From: Eledone cirrhosa
Taxonomy: Eukaryota
Direction: 5' to 3'
Assembly (NCBI GenBank): GCA_964016885.1
Contig: OZ024750.1
Span: 39,432,001-39,496,000, forward strand
DNA: 64,000 bases
A model generated the notes under the pieces. It was given only the letters and a program-made list of their open reading frames with translations, was not told the origin of the DNA and did no database searches. A program made the position numbers and the translations under genes. The first letter of the stretch is position 1. Every line of letters begins with the position of its first letter. Positions 15,382 to 28,519 of the stretch are shown one piece after another.

Positions 15382-16010
15382 CCTTTTAGGATTTAAACCA
15401 GCCATATCCGGCCAGAATTCTCTTACCTCTTTCTGTTCAAACTGGCCGTAACTGGCCACTCATATAGATGTTAAGGTATTGTTCTCAAAATAGATAATAT
15501 CAAAATTTCAGAGATTCAATACTATGTGAGACAATTATGTAAGATAAAGCCTTTACTGTGAAAATATAATAGTATATATAGAGTAATGTAAATGTTATGT
15601 GAGGTAAAGCCTTTACTGCGAACATACAATAGTATATATAGAGTAATGTAAATAGTATGTGAGGTAAAGCCTTTACTGTGAACATACAATAGTATATATA
15701 GAGTAATGTAAATGTTATGTGAGATATTATGTGAAGTAAAGCCTTTACTGTGAAAATACAATAGTATTTATAGAGTAATGTAAATGTTATGTGAGATATT
15801 ATGTGAAGTAAAGCCTTTACTGTGAACATACAATAGTAGATATAGAGTAATGTAAATGATATGTGAGATATTATGCGAGGTAAACCCTTTACTGTGAAAA
15901 TACAATAGTATATATAGAGTAATGTAAATGGTATGTGAGATATTATGTGAGGTAAAGCCTTTACTGCGAACATACAATAGTATATATAGAGTAATGTAAA
16001 TACTAAAGGG
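15382..16010 (-). mobile_element. piggyBac-like MITE with internal about 60/72-bp tandem repeat
   Basis: TTAA|ccttttaggattta ... taaatactaaaggg|TTTA; reverse copy of 23377-25239. Confidence 0.8.
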
Positions 16011-16497
16011 TTTAGGCATCTCATTCGATGCACTAACAATTCTACCAAATCTACTGCCCAGGACTGATACTTTTATCTTATTGATCTGGAAAGGTTGGAA
16101 TGCAAAGTGGACTTTGGCAAGATTTAAAGTCAGAATGCATAGAATGGAAAAAAACTAGTGAAAGTCTTCCACTCTAACGATTCTGCCAATTTGTTGCCTG
16201 ACAAACAAGTCATAACCAGTTCTGTTCTGAAATCTATCTGGATTAACAAGTTAGATTATATAGACAAACATGTGGATTCCATTCTCTGAAAGTGGCAGAA
16301 ACGATTGATAGGATTAAGTATAAAAATCTTCACACACCTGAGACTTTATATGGTTACTTGACCTGCAAGAAATAGCAGTTAAATTCCAATTAAATAGTGG
16401 TCACAGCTGGAATACTTTTTAAATATAAAAATCCATACAGACCCGAGACATTACTTGGTTACTTGACTTGCTAGAAATAGCAGTTAAATTCAACTTA

Positions 16498-16665
16498 CCA
16501 TATTTCCCAGCGCCGAAGATGCTTTGTCCTCGAGGACACATCCTAATTTTGACAACCAAAAATTTGAAAAAGAATAATAAACAACCTTCGGTCTCCAGGA
16601 CGAATGGTAGATTTTTGAGACTTATTTTAGGAAAAAAGTAGCGTCTTTGATGCTGGGAAACACAG
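16498..16665. mobile_element. Tc1/mariner (pogo/Tigger-like) MITE
   Basis: TA|ccatatttcccagcgccgaaga ... tctttgatgctgggaaacacag|TA imperfect TIRs; interrupts a roughly 95-bp tandem repeat at 16320-16800. Confidence 0.65.
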
Positions 16666-16860
16666 TAAATAGTGATCACAGCTGGAATACTTTTTAAGTA
16701 TAAAAATCTTCACACGCCTGAGACTTTACATGGTTACTTAATTGACTTGCTAGAAATAGCAGTTAAATTCCACTTAAATAATGGTCACAGCTGGATTACA
16801 TTTTACCGTAGGGATCGACCCATTAACACTTTTATGTTAACTTTTCCATGTTGGAAGGAG

Positions 16861-17421
16861 TTAGGCAATGTTTTGAGGCAATGTTTTGAGGTAATGTTTT
16901 GAGGTAATGTTTTGAGGTAATGTTTTGAGGCAAAGTTTTGAGGTAATGTTTTGAGGTAAAGTTTTGAGGTAATGTTTTGAGGCAAAGTTTTGAGGTAAAG
17001 TTTTGAGGCAAAGTTTTGAGGTAAAGTTTTGAGGTAAAGTTTTGAGGTAAAGTTTTGAGGTAATGTTTTGAGGTAAAGTTTTGAGGTAATGTTTTGAGGC
17101 AAAGTTTTGAGGCAAAGTTTTGAGGTAAAGTTTTGAGGTAAAGTTTTGAGGTAATGTTTTGAGGTAATGTTTTGAGGCAAAGTTTTGAGGTAAAGTTTTG
17201 AGGTAAAGTTTTGAGGTAAAGTTTTGAGGTAATGTTTTGAGGCAAAGTTTTGAGGCAAAGTTTTGAGGTAATGTTTTGAGGCAAAGTTTTGAGGCAAAGT
17301 TTTGAGGTAATGTTTTGAGGCAAAGTTTTGAGGCAAAGTTTTGAGGTAATGTTTTGAGGCAAAGTTTTGAGGCAAAGTTTTGAGGTAAAGTTTTGAGGCA
17401 AAGTTTTGAGGCAATGTTTTG
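16861..17421. repeat. 13-bp minisatellite GAGG(T/C)AA(T/A)GTTTT
   Basis: About 42 tandem copies. Confidence 0.95.
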
Positions 17422-18011
17422 CAGTTAGATGTCCTTCCTCACAACAAACCTTTCAGTTGCTTCTTATGACATGTATCAATATGGTGTACCTATTCTAAAC
17501 TGGACACACATGGGGTTGGGATTTCAACACAATAAATATCCAATGCTCTGATGACTGGAATTGACAATAGTTATTAGAGTGTCAGATACCTTGGAGCATT
17601 TGTGTGTGTATGTGGCTGTGTGCATATGCATGTATGCTTGTGTGTACATGTATGTGACTGTGTGCATATGTATGTAGCTGTGTGTGTATGCATGTAGCTA
17701 TGTGTATGCATGTGTGTGTATATGTATATGTGTGGTTATGTGTATATGTATGTATGTGGCTATGTGCATGTTTGTGGCTGTGTGTAAGCTTGTGTATGCT
17801 TATGTATATATGTATGTGGCTATGTGTATGTTTGCGTGTATATGTATGTGGCTGTGTAAGCTTGTGTGTGTATGTATGCTTGTGTATGTATAACATTATG
17901 CATACCATAACCCTTATATTATTATAATTCTAATGAAAGACAACTGCCTTTGGTTTTCAAATTATTTTGAAAATAATAAAAAAAGCTGGAGGGATTTTAT
18001 GTTTTTAGGTA

Positions 18012-18668
18012 AAAACACTTTAAAAGGCCCGGAGAGGGATGGGCTCCCTTAAAATGCCCAAGAAATGCTGTATGTCAATACAGCGCCCCTATGACTATCA
18101 GGAGTTATGGAACCATAGCAAACACTTTAAAAGGCCTGGAGAGGGATGGGCTCCCTTAAAATGCCCAAGAAATGCTGTATGTCAATATAGCGCCCCTATG
18201 ACTATCAGGAGTTATGGAACCATAGCAAACACTTTAAAAGGCCCGGAGAGGGATGAGCTCCCTTAAAATGCCCAAGAAATGCTGTATGTCAATATAGCGC
18301 CCCTATGACTATCTGGAGTTATGGAACCATAGCAAACACTTTAAAAGGCCTGGAGAGGGATGGGCTCCCTTAAAATGCCTTAGAAATGCTGTATGTCAAT
18401 ACAGCGCCCCTATGACTATCAGGAGTTACGGAACCATAGCAAACACTTTAAAAGGTCCGGAGAGGGATGGGCTCCCTTAAAATGCCCAAGAAATGCTGTA
18501 TGTCAATACAGCGCCCTTATGACTATCAGGAGTTACGGAACCATAGCAAACACTTTAAAAGGTCCGGAGAGAGATGGGCTCCCTTAAAATGCCCAAGAAA
18601 TGCTGTATGTCAATACAGCGCCCCTATGACTATCAGGAGTTATGAAACCATAGCAAACACTTTAAAAC
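18012..18668. repeat. 107-bp tandem repeat, about 6 copies
   Basis: aacactttaaaagg recurs at 18014, 18121 and onward with period 107. Confidence 0.95.
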
Positions 18669-18809
18669 AGACATAACAACCTCCCTACTGCTAGTGACAT
18701 GATAAAACACACTCAGTAGAGAGTGGGGTCGTGTGAAGTAGACCCTCAGCTTATCTGAGAGGTATGTACTGAGTCTGAAGACATGGACAACCTTGGTTAG
18801 CAGGGGTGT

Positions 18810-18851
<42 letters not shown>

Positions 18852-18965
18852 CGATATTATAGGAGCAAGGATGGTTTCAGACAGTTTGGTATCAAAGAGA
18901 TTAAAGGGTATTAATGGAAAGGAGATAACTCTAAGAATCTCTTGATAAAATGAGTACGAGACTAT

Positions 18966-19416
18966 GTACTGAAAGACCCCCTTCAGTCACGAATGACTGT
19001 GATTTACACCTAGAAAGTTTCCCTCCGAGGCACAAGTCTGGGCAAGGTTGTTTGATGAAGACCAGCAGTCACCCATGCATACCAGCCCCCCTCTCCACGC
19101 CACCGATGTTGTCCAAGGGAAAGGCAATGGCTGATACAGCTTGGTACCAGTGATGTCACAACTCATATATATACACAATATATACTATATATATATATAT
19201 TACGTACAGTATATATACACTATATATGTTGATGTCCAAGGGAAAGGCAATGGCTGATACAGCTTGGCACCAGTGATGTCGCAACACATTTCTACAGCTG
19301 AGTAAACTGGAACAACATGGTCTTGCTCTAGGACACAACGCATCACCTGGTCTGAGAATCAAACTCACAACCTTTCAATTACAAGCCCAATGCTCTAACC
19401 ACTAAACCATGTGCCT
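18966..19416 (-). mobile_element. tRNA-derived SINE (head at right), interrupted by a TA tract with local duplication
   Basis: Reverse complement of the SINE head seen at 32196 (ggcacatggtttagtggttagagcattgg); gtccaagggaaaggcaatggctgatacagcttgg is duplicated around the TA tract. Confidence 0.7.
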
Positions 19417-20092
19417 AGACTGTGTACTGCAATAGATATAACTGACTAAAAACTCACCATTTTGATACCAAACTGTCTGAAATTGTCTCTGGTCCTACAA
19501 TAGAAAGCTGTTTATATTTACCTTCCACCATAATTTTATGTAAGAACCTTCCTTATGTTATATTCCAAGCAACAGATTGATAATGCGAAAGTTATCCTAC
19601 TGAACACATGAAAGTTCCTAAATGTTTGCAAAATGATTTGTAAAATAATTAGCGCGTCCTTCATTAGTTGGTAAGGAAAGGGTTAATGATCTCAGCTTTG
19701 GTGATAAACCATTCTGATGGCTGAAAAACAGCATGTGTGGAACTGTCAGTAAGTCTATCAACATAAACAATTGTTACTGGCAAAGTGTGATGAGAGAGGG
19801 AGGAGGGGGAGAGGAGAGAGATAGAAAGAGAGAGAGGGAGAAAGATAGAGATAGATGGAGAGAGAGATACAGAGAGAGAGAGAGGGAGGGGGAGAGAATT
19901 TGAGATCTAGAATGACTAATCATAGAAAGATTATGGCATTAAAGTTACAATCCACACCCAAAATGGGAACATTCCATTTAGAGGAATGTCTTCATAACAG
20001 ATTACATCACATTGGTCTTCAGCTAATCAGAAGACGTCATTAAAGGATAAACACTGAAGGATCGCCAACAATTGTTTGATAAACGGAATTAA

Positions 20093-20584
20093 CCCTTTAC
20101 ATTACTCTATATTTACTATTGTATGTTCACAGTAAAGGCTTTACCTCACATAATATCTCACATAACATTTACATTACTCTATATATACTATTGTATTTTC
20201 ACAGTAAAGGCTTTACCTCACATATCTCACATAACATTTACATTACTCTATATATACTATTGTATGTTCATAGTAAAGGCTTTACCTCACATAATATCTC
20301 ACATAACATTTACATTACTCTATATATACTATTGTATTTTCACAGTAAAGGCTTTACCTCACATAACATTTACATTACTCTATATATACTATTGTATTTT
20401 CACAGTAAAGGCTTTACCTCACATAATATCTCACATAACATTTACATTACTCTATATATACTATTGTATTTTCACAGTAAAGGCTTTACCTCATAACATT
20501 TACATTACTCTATATATACTATTGTATGTTCACAGTAAAGGCTTTACCTGACATAACATTTACATTACTCTATATATACTATTG
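20093..20584 (+). mobile_element. Truncated piggyBac-like MITE with internal tandem repeat
   Basis: TTAA|cccttt start and the same about 60/72-bp internal unit; right end replaced by an RTE fragment. Confidence 0.7.
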
Positions 20585-21172
20585 CTGTATAAAAAAAGTG
20601 CAGAGCGATCAAAATTGATGGTAGTTACGGAGTAGGAAGAAAAATCTGGGACGATTTGATAAATTCCAACCTTCACACTTGCACTTCTCTAAGACAATGT
20701 CACTGGACCGAGATCTTTGGCACTACGCAGTGATATAGAAGACCCGCCTTGCCTATGTACACAGCGAAACCTACAGTCAGTAGGCACCTCTTAACCAAAT
20801 ATACACCTCAATCCACTACCCCTACCCTATCCTCCCACTCCCACCAACACCACCCTCTCTCTGTAAAGTTGGTACCGCAATATCCAGTCCAAATAAATGA
20901 GATAATGAGATCGAGAAGGTGTCATGACAAAAAAAACAACAAAAAACACACAGTCCACGCTGCAATGTGGCCGTGTAGGTAACACTGTAAAAAGCTCCCA
21001 GTCCACACTGTAAATGTTGTTGGTGTTAGGAAGGGCATCCAGCCATAGAAAACCTGCCAGATAGTCCTATATGAGCGAGATACGGTCACCCGACCAGCCT
21101 TACCTCAAGTGGGACAACTCCCGTATAACCCATGCTAGCGTGGAAGATAGACGTTAAACGAAGATGATGATA
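20585..21172 (+). mobile_element. 5'-truncated degenerate RTE LINE (ORF C-terminus, 3' UTR, (GAT)n tail)
   Basis: Encodes KKCRAIKIDG...DRDLWHYAVI, homologous to [10 protein letters not shown]...[10 protein letters not shown] of the 34111-36216 ORF; shared 3' tail. Confidence 0.8.
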
Positions 21173-21802
21173 TATATATATATATATCGATGATCTAACA
21201 GCACTGAGATTTTGGTGAAACGTATTCATGATTTCTGAAGGATACGTATAAAGGAAAAATATAATTTTTATCTGGTATCTATATTTTAACATGATACTGT
21301 AATGAACAATGTGTTGTTACATTCTATACAGATTATCTCCTGTTAAAGTTGATATATTCTATTGTATCAACTAGAAATAGATTGACATATATATATATAA
21401 AATAAACATATGAAATAATCATAGGGAATAATTTGTAAAGTGTGTAAGTACACACAGCTAAGTAGGTAATTAATTAAAGTTTAACTAGAACTTCAAACCT
21501 TTTAAAATTATTAATCTTTCTTGTATCAATTTCTAGTTGATATAAAATGTATCTTTGAGCATATTCTACAGTGGATATGGCGCATGCCACTCGGACATGA
21601 CACCTTTAATTTAATTTTGGATATATATTCTATTGTATGTATATATCATTAGATATATATATATATATATGTGTGTATATATTTCCTTCACTATTCTGTA
21701 ATGATTAAATGCTCAGATTTATTCTTTGAGCTTATTCTTAGGTGATAATGCGCATGTTTGAGATTATCTCAAACATGACATATATATGTATATATATAGA
21801 GA

Positions 21803-22147
21803 GAGGCACATGGCTTAGTGGTTAGAGCATTGGCCTTGCAATCGAAATGTTGTCAGTTCAATTCTCAGACCGGGTGATGTGTTGTTTCCTTGAGCAAGAC
21901 ATTTTATTTCACATTGCTCCAGTTTACTCAGCTGTAGAAATGAGATGATAGGGACTGGGGTCCATATCATTCCACTGCAAAATGGTCGTGGAGGTGCCAC
22001 AGCAAAAAAAGCACCCAGCACTCACTGTAAATGAGGTTGGTGTTAGGAAGGGCATCCAGCTGTAGAAATCAAGCCAGAATCAGTACCCGTCCCAACCTTG
22101 CAAGCAGGGAAAAGCGGACGTAAAATGATGATGATGATGATGATGAT
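21803..22147 (+). mobile_element. Full-length tRNA-derived SINE with RTE-derived tail
   Basis: A box TGGCTTAGTGG, B-box-like CAGTTCAATTC, cttgagcaagac core, tail shared with the RTE 3' UTR, (GAT)n end. Confidence 0.85.
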
Positions 22148-22441
22148 ATATATATATAGGATTGAGATCTCTGTTGTTATGCAGTTATACAGAATACTCG
22201 CCTTCCCATGGGCATAGGGTGAAGCATATATATAGCATGCACCGCCCTCCCACGAGGACAGGCTGTAGAATACATCTAGTGAAGACTCCAGTCCACACTG
22301 TAGAAACCAAGCCAGAATCAGTTCTGTGTGAGCAAGACAGTCACCTGACCTGACTTGCCTCAAACAGGACAAATTGTCTAACTCATGCTAGCATGGAAAA
22401 ATAGACATTAAATGGTGATGATGATGATGATATATATATAT

Positions 22442-22633
22442 ATAGGAAAATGTTTGACCCCGACGGCAGAGCTCAAGCCGTTTCGACGGCTATTTCTGTC
22501 CAGAAATAGCCGTCGAAATGGATTGAGCTCTGCTGTCGGGGTCAAACATTTTCCTATTACCCACTCTACTACTCTAAGTATTGAGTACTCTGGTGCGTTA
22601 TGGTCCATCTGGTTCCTTACCACACTTCCTTCG

Positions 22634-22640
<7 letters not shown>
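22442..22640. mobile_element. Foldback element in (TA)n with HHR 3' half, family C (other pieces at about 11338-11425 and 48148-48245)
   Basis: Arms 22442-22498 / 22501-22556; - strand reads gaaatagccgtc GAAACGGC ttgagctct GCCGTC ggggtc; unique tail ...gagtactctggtgcgttatggtccatctggttccttaccac. Confidence 0.7.
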
Positions 22641-22670
<30 letters not shown>

Positions 22671-23376
22671 CATACTTGGGGAGGGTCATATTGTTGTAAT
22701 GATATTGCCAGAAATAATAACATATATATATATATATATGTACATAATATTATATATATATCTTGATAATCAATAAAAGCATATAAGTGAAAGTTCATCA
22801 CTTTTTTCTTATTACATACACTACCTGTGTATCCACTGCTTATATTGGTATCACTACCAGTAATTCACTGGACACACACACACATATACATGTGCATGCA
22901 TGAGCACACAATGTTCCCTCTCCATTGATGCACAGGAAAATTTGAGTTCAATTCTAACCTAATAAAACATTAGGCAGTCATGCATTACTACCAGGTTACT
23001 GTTGCCATGGTGAGGGCTCTATATATACCAGCAAGGTACTTCTTTGTTGTTCGGTTGAGTGAGTCATAAAGAATGAAATGTCACAGATATACTCCAGAGA
23101 CCCTTCAGCAGCCTATAAATAGGTCACCATAACATTTAAATATCTTCACTTTGTAGATAAACATCTTTAGCCATAGCAACACTGTTGCTATCCATGAAGA
23201 TAAGTTTATAATTTTGAAGATGTTTTTTTTACAATTTTTGTTGTTTCTAGAACTGATTCAATAGATTGTCAGATAAAATAACTTGTAGTATTTGTTTCAG
23301 TTTATTATATTTCAAGTTCAACTTTGTATTTCATCCTTCTGGATAAACTACTAGTTCATCATTGTCGTTGTTTTAA

Positions 23377-25239
23377 CCCTTTAGCATTTACATTACCCTA
23401 TATATACTATTGTATTTTCCTGGTAAAGGCTTTACCTCACATAACATTTACATTACTCTATATATACTATTGTTTTCACAGTAAAGGCTTTACCTCACAT
23501 AACATTTACATTACTCTATATATACTATTGTTTTCACAGTAAAGGCTTTACCTCACATAACATTTACATTACTCTATATATACTATTGTGTTTTCACAGT
23601 AAAGGCTTTACCTCAAATAACATTTACATTACTCTATATTTACTATTGTGTTTTCACAGTAAAGGCTTTACCTCATAACATTTACATTACTCTATATTTA
23701 CTATTGTATTTTCACAGTAAAGGCTTTACCTCACATAACATTTACATTACTCTATATTTACTATTGTATTTCCACAGTAAAGGCTTTACCTCACATAACA
23801 TTTACATTACTCTATATTTACTATTGTATTTTCACAGTAAAGGCTTTACCTCACATAACATTTACATCTCTATATTTACTATTGTATTTCCACAGTAAAG
23901 GCTTTACCTCACATAACATTTACATTACTCTATATTTACTATTGTATTTCCACAGTAAAGGCTTTACCTCATAACATTTACATTACTCTATATTTACTAT
24001 TGTATTTTCACAGTAAAGGCTTTACCTCACATAACATTTACATCTCTATATTTACTATTGTATTTCCACAGTAAAGGCTTTACCTCACATAACATTTACA
24101 TTACTCTATATTTACTATTGTATTTCCACAGTAAAGGCTTTACCTCATAACATTTACATTACTCTATATTTACTATTGTATTTTCACAGTAAAGGCTTTA
24201 CCTCACATAACATTTACATCTCTATATTTACTATTGTATTTCCACAGTAAAGGCTTTACCTCATAACATTTACATTACTCTATATTTACTATTGTATTTT
24301 CACAGTAAAGGCTTTACCTCACATAACATTTACATCTCTATATTTACTATTGTATTTCCACAGTAAAGGCTTTACCTCATAACATTTACATTACTCTATA
24401 TTTACTATTGTATTTTCACAGTAAAGGCTTTACCTCACATAACATTTACATCTCTATATTTACTATTGTATTTCCACAGTAAAGGCTTTACCTCATAACA
24501 TTTACATTACTCTATATTTACTATTGTATTTTCACAGTAAAGGCTTTACCTCACAACATTTACATTACTCTATATATACTATTGTATTTCCACAGTAAAG
24601 GCTTTACCTCACAACATTTACATTACTCTATATTTACTATTGTATTTCCACAGTAAAGGCTTTACCTCACAACATTTACATTACTCTATATTTACTATTG
24701 TATTTCCACAGTAAAGGCTTTACCTCACAACATTTACATTACTCTATATTTACTATTGTATTTCCACAGTAAAGGCTTTACCTCACAACATTTACATTAC
24801 TCTATATTTACTATTGTATTTCCACAGTAAAGGCTTTACCTCACAATATTTACATTACTCTATATCTACTATTGTATTTCCACAGTAAAGGCGTTACCTT
24901 ACATAACATTTACATTACTCTATATTTACTATTGTATTTCCACAGTAAAGGCGTTACCTTACATAACATTTACATTACTCTATATATACTATTGTATTTC
25001 CACAGTAAAGGCTTTACCTCACATAACATTTACATTACTCTATATTTACTATTGTGTTTTCATGGTAAACACTTTATTTCACATAATTATCTCACATAAT
25101 ATCGAATCTATGAGATTTTGATATTATTTATTTTGAGAATGATACCTTAACATCAGTATGAGTGGTAAGTTACAGCCAGTTTGAACAGAATGAGGCGAGA
25201 GAATTCTGGCCGGATATGGCTGGTTTAAATGCTAAAGGG
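23377..25239 (+). mobile_element. piggyBac-like non-autonomous element carrying about 28 copies of a roughly 60-bp minisatellite
   Basis: TTAA|CCCTTTAGCATTTA ... TAAATGCTAAAGGG|TTAA: perfect 14-bp TIRs and TTAA TSD. Confidence 0.9.
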
Positions 25240-25880
25240 TTAAACTCAATTGATCGAATCAATCAACAAGATCTGGAAGGGTGGAACTTATCAAATCAGA
25301 CCAAGAATGTTTCCATAGGTCTTTCTATTGCTGATACTATTTTACTAGTTGCAACTTCTGGCAGAAAGAGCAACATGAAATAAAATGTCTTGTTCAAGGA
25401 CATAACACACTGCATGGGCCTACAATTTTGAAGGGGGCTTATTTGCCTCACATCATATATTCTACCTGGTGATGTATATATACCTGTAGCTCATATGTAA
25501 GTAATATATATTTAGCACTGATTACTAAAATAGTTGCTAAGCAGTTTGAAATAGAGTCTACAAACAGCTATTGGTGTGTGTGTTGGTGGTGGTGGGTCTA
25601 TGTTTTAGACCTCTAGACCCTATAACCAGATGGTGGGGTCTATGTTATATATCTCTCTAGACCCTATAACCAGCTTGTCGTGGTGGTGGAGTCTGTTATA
25701 TATCTCTCTAGGCCCTATAACCATCTTTGCAAGAGGCTATCATCTTCATCATCATAATTTTTTATGTCAACCTTTCCATGTTGGCATGGGTTTGACGGGA
25801 CTTTTTGAGGCAATGTTTTACAGTTGGATGCCCTTCTTCACATCAACCCTTTTAGTTGTTTCATACAATATGCAGGGATT

Positions 25881-26850
25881 GTGTACCTATTGTAAACCAG
25901 ATATACAGGGATACAGTGTACCTATTGTAAACCAGATACACAGGGGTACAGTGTACCTATTGTAAACCAGATACACACAGGGATATAGTGTACCTATTGT
26001 AAACCAGATACACACAGGGATATAGTGTACCTATTGTAAACCAGATATACACAGGGATACAGTGTACCTATTGTAAACCAGATATACAGGGATACAGTGT
26101 ACCTATTGTAAACCAGATACACACAGGGATACAGTGTACCTATTGTAAACCAGATACACACAGGGATACAGTGTACCTATTGTAAACCAGATACACACAG
26201 GGATACAGTGTACCTATTGTAAACCAGATACACACAGGGATACAGTGTACCTATTGTAAACCAGATATACAGGGATACAGTGTACCTATTGTAAACCAGA
26301 TATACACAGGGATACAGTGTACCTATTGTAAACCAGATATACAGGGATACAGTGTACCTATTGTAAACCAGATACACACAGGGATACAGTGTACCTATTG
26401 TAAACCAGATACACACAGGGATACAGTGTACCTATTGTAAACCAGATACACACAGGGATACAGTGTACCTATTGTAAACCAGATATACAGGGATACAGTG
26501 TACCTATTGTAAACCAGATATACACAGGGATACAGTGTACCTATTGTAAACCAGATATACAGGGATACAGTGTACCTATTGTAAACCAGATACACACAGG
26601 GATACAGTGTACCTATTGTAAACCAGATACACACAGGGATACAGTGTACCTATTGTAAACCAGATATACACAGGGATACAGTGTACCTATTGTAAACCAG
26701 ATATACAGGGATACAGTGTACCTATAGTAAACCAGGTACACACAGGGATACAGTGTACTTATTGTAAACCAGGTACACAGGGATACAGTGTACCTATTGT
26801 AAACCAGATACACAGGGATACAGTGTACCTATTGTAAACCAGATATACAC
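25881..26850. repeat. 35/37-bp minisatellite
   Basis: gtgtacctattgtaaaccagata(ca)nagggataca, about 26 copies. Confidence 0.95.
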
Positions 26851-27348
26851 GAACCTGTCTATATTAGAAAATAATAGTAACAACATACCTGGGTATATTT
26901 TCATGTCTGGATGTCAGTAGGTAAAATATGTAGGTTTAAGAAGAGGTTACACAGTAAATATTGATATATTTATCTTACTAATTCTATTCTAGATGTAAAG
27001 AAAGTGGAAATAAATTCCTTAGTAACGAGAGACCTTTGAGATAATTTATGGTAGCTAGGCAAGAGTTGATCAACAACATAGAGACAGGTGAAGAAGCCAC
27101 ACTAAGTAGGTTCAATAATTATCAGCAGCATCACGAGGGTTATTGAATTCAGCAGGTTAGACAAGGAGATAAGTCTATTAATATGACAAGGAGTTATATT
27201 TTGTCTGCTAGGAGCATGAGGTAGCTTATACCTGGAGTTCTGTACACAAGGGAGCAGTGGCTCACACAGTCTTGAGCTTGTAATCATTGGGGGTAGCGAT
27301 AGTATAGATTGCTGATATCTCACAGTAAAGAATATAAACCATATACAG

Positions 27349-27579
27349 CAGGCATGTCCAACATGCGGCCCGTGGGCCGTTTACAGCCCTTTACAAGCAT
27401 ACCTGCGGCTGGCACAAAGGTTTTTTTACAGCACGAGCATGTTTTATCTTTGTAATATTAAATTAAAAAAATATGAGTTGTAATGTGCGCAATAAGTTGT
27501 CATATGTGGCCCTCAAACAACACGTGTCCTATGTAGCCCCCCCGGGGGGGGGGGGGACGACCTCAGTTTGACATGCCTG
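27349..27579. mobile_element. hAT-family MITE
   Basis: TIRs CAGGCATGTCCAAC / GTTTGACATGCCTG; 8-bp TSD ATATACAG at 27341-27348 and 27580-27587. Confidence 0.9.
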
Positions 27580-28519
27580 ATATACAGTGATTACCGTAAT
27601 TTTACATCTATTTTCCATGCTTGCATGGGTTAGATGGGTTATCATGCACTGGGGCTAGACACACAGGTCAGACGTCTTGCTCAAACATTCCATTCTAGCA
27701 TAGATTTCACAGTTGGATGCCCTTCCTAATGCCAACCATCCACTTCTTTCCTGGCTTAATTTCTTTTCCTTCTCTCTTTCTTTCTTTGTCGTTTCCTTAT
27801 TGCCATTTACATCGTAGTTTTTATCACATTTTATCACATTGTCTTCAACAGAGAAAGAAGAGTTTTGTCAGAATAAATATGGTTGTGATATTTTCCTAAT
27901 GAGAAACAAGCAGGTCAAGAAATGGATCGTGTCAGGCTATGGGGGAGGAGGAGGGGTTAGCTAGAACATAGCAACGACATTAGCAACAGATTAGGACAAC
28001 AACATACACTGTTATAATACCCCCCCCCCCCCACGTCAATTCTATTTGACCTAATTTCTATAAATTTCCTTTCTACATGTGTATTAAGAGACAGTAAAGA
28101 TACCACCATAACTGCTTGAGAAGAATAGAACAGGGTCACGACTTTTATCAGACGTCAGCTCGATCAGGGATTAGCTAGGGACTAAACACCACCACCACCA
28201 CAACCATCATTACCACCATCACCACCACCGCCGCCACCATTACCACCACTACCACAACCACCACAACCATCACCACCACTACCACAACCATCACCACCAA
28301 TTAACATATCTAAAACTGGCTGCTATTTCCATTTGATCCAGGACGTTTATCAATTTAGTTTTTAAGTACATTGTATATTTAATCCTGACATCCAACACTA
28401 ATGCCACCAACACGACTCTAATAAGCTCATAACACCAACATGGAGTCTTACCTAGTAAACAATCTTAAATCTTCATTAACGCTTAAGAAGTGGCTGCTTT
28501 GTGGATTTATTTAATTACT

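Noticed and set aside
16803-17414. Repetitive ORFs in three frames (KTLPQN...)
   Set aside because: 13-bp minisatellite with no stops on the - strand
21330-21560. Possible eroded hammerhead/foldback (agttgata...tatcaactagaaat and its inverse)
   Set aside because: Core CUGANGA and stem I not recoverable
26970-27170. Strong-looking splice acceptor (tactaat...ttctag) and downstream exon
   Set aside because: All three frames stop within about 55 nt and no recognisable protein
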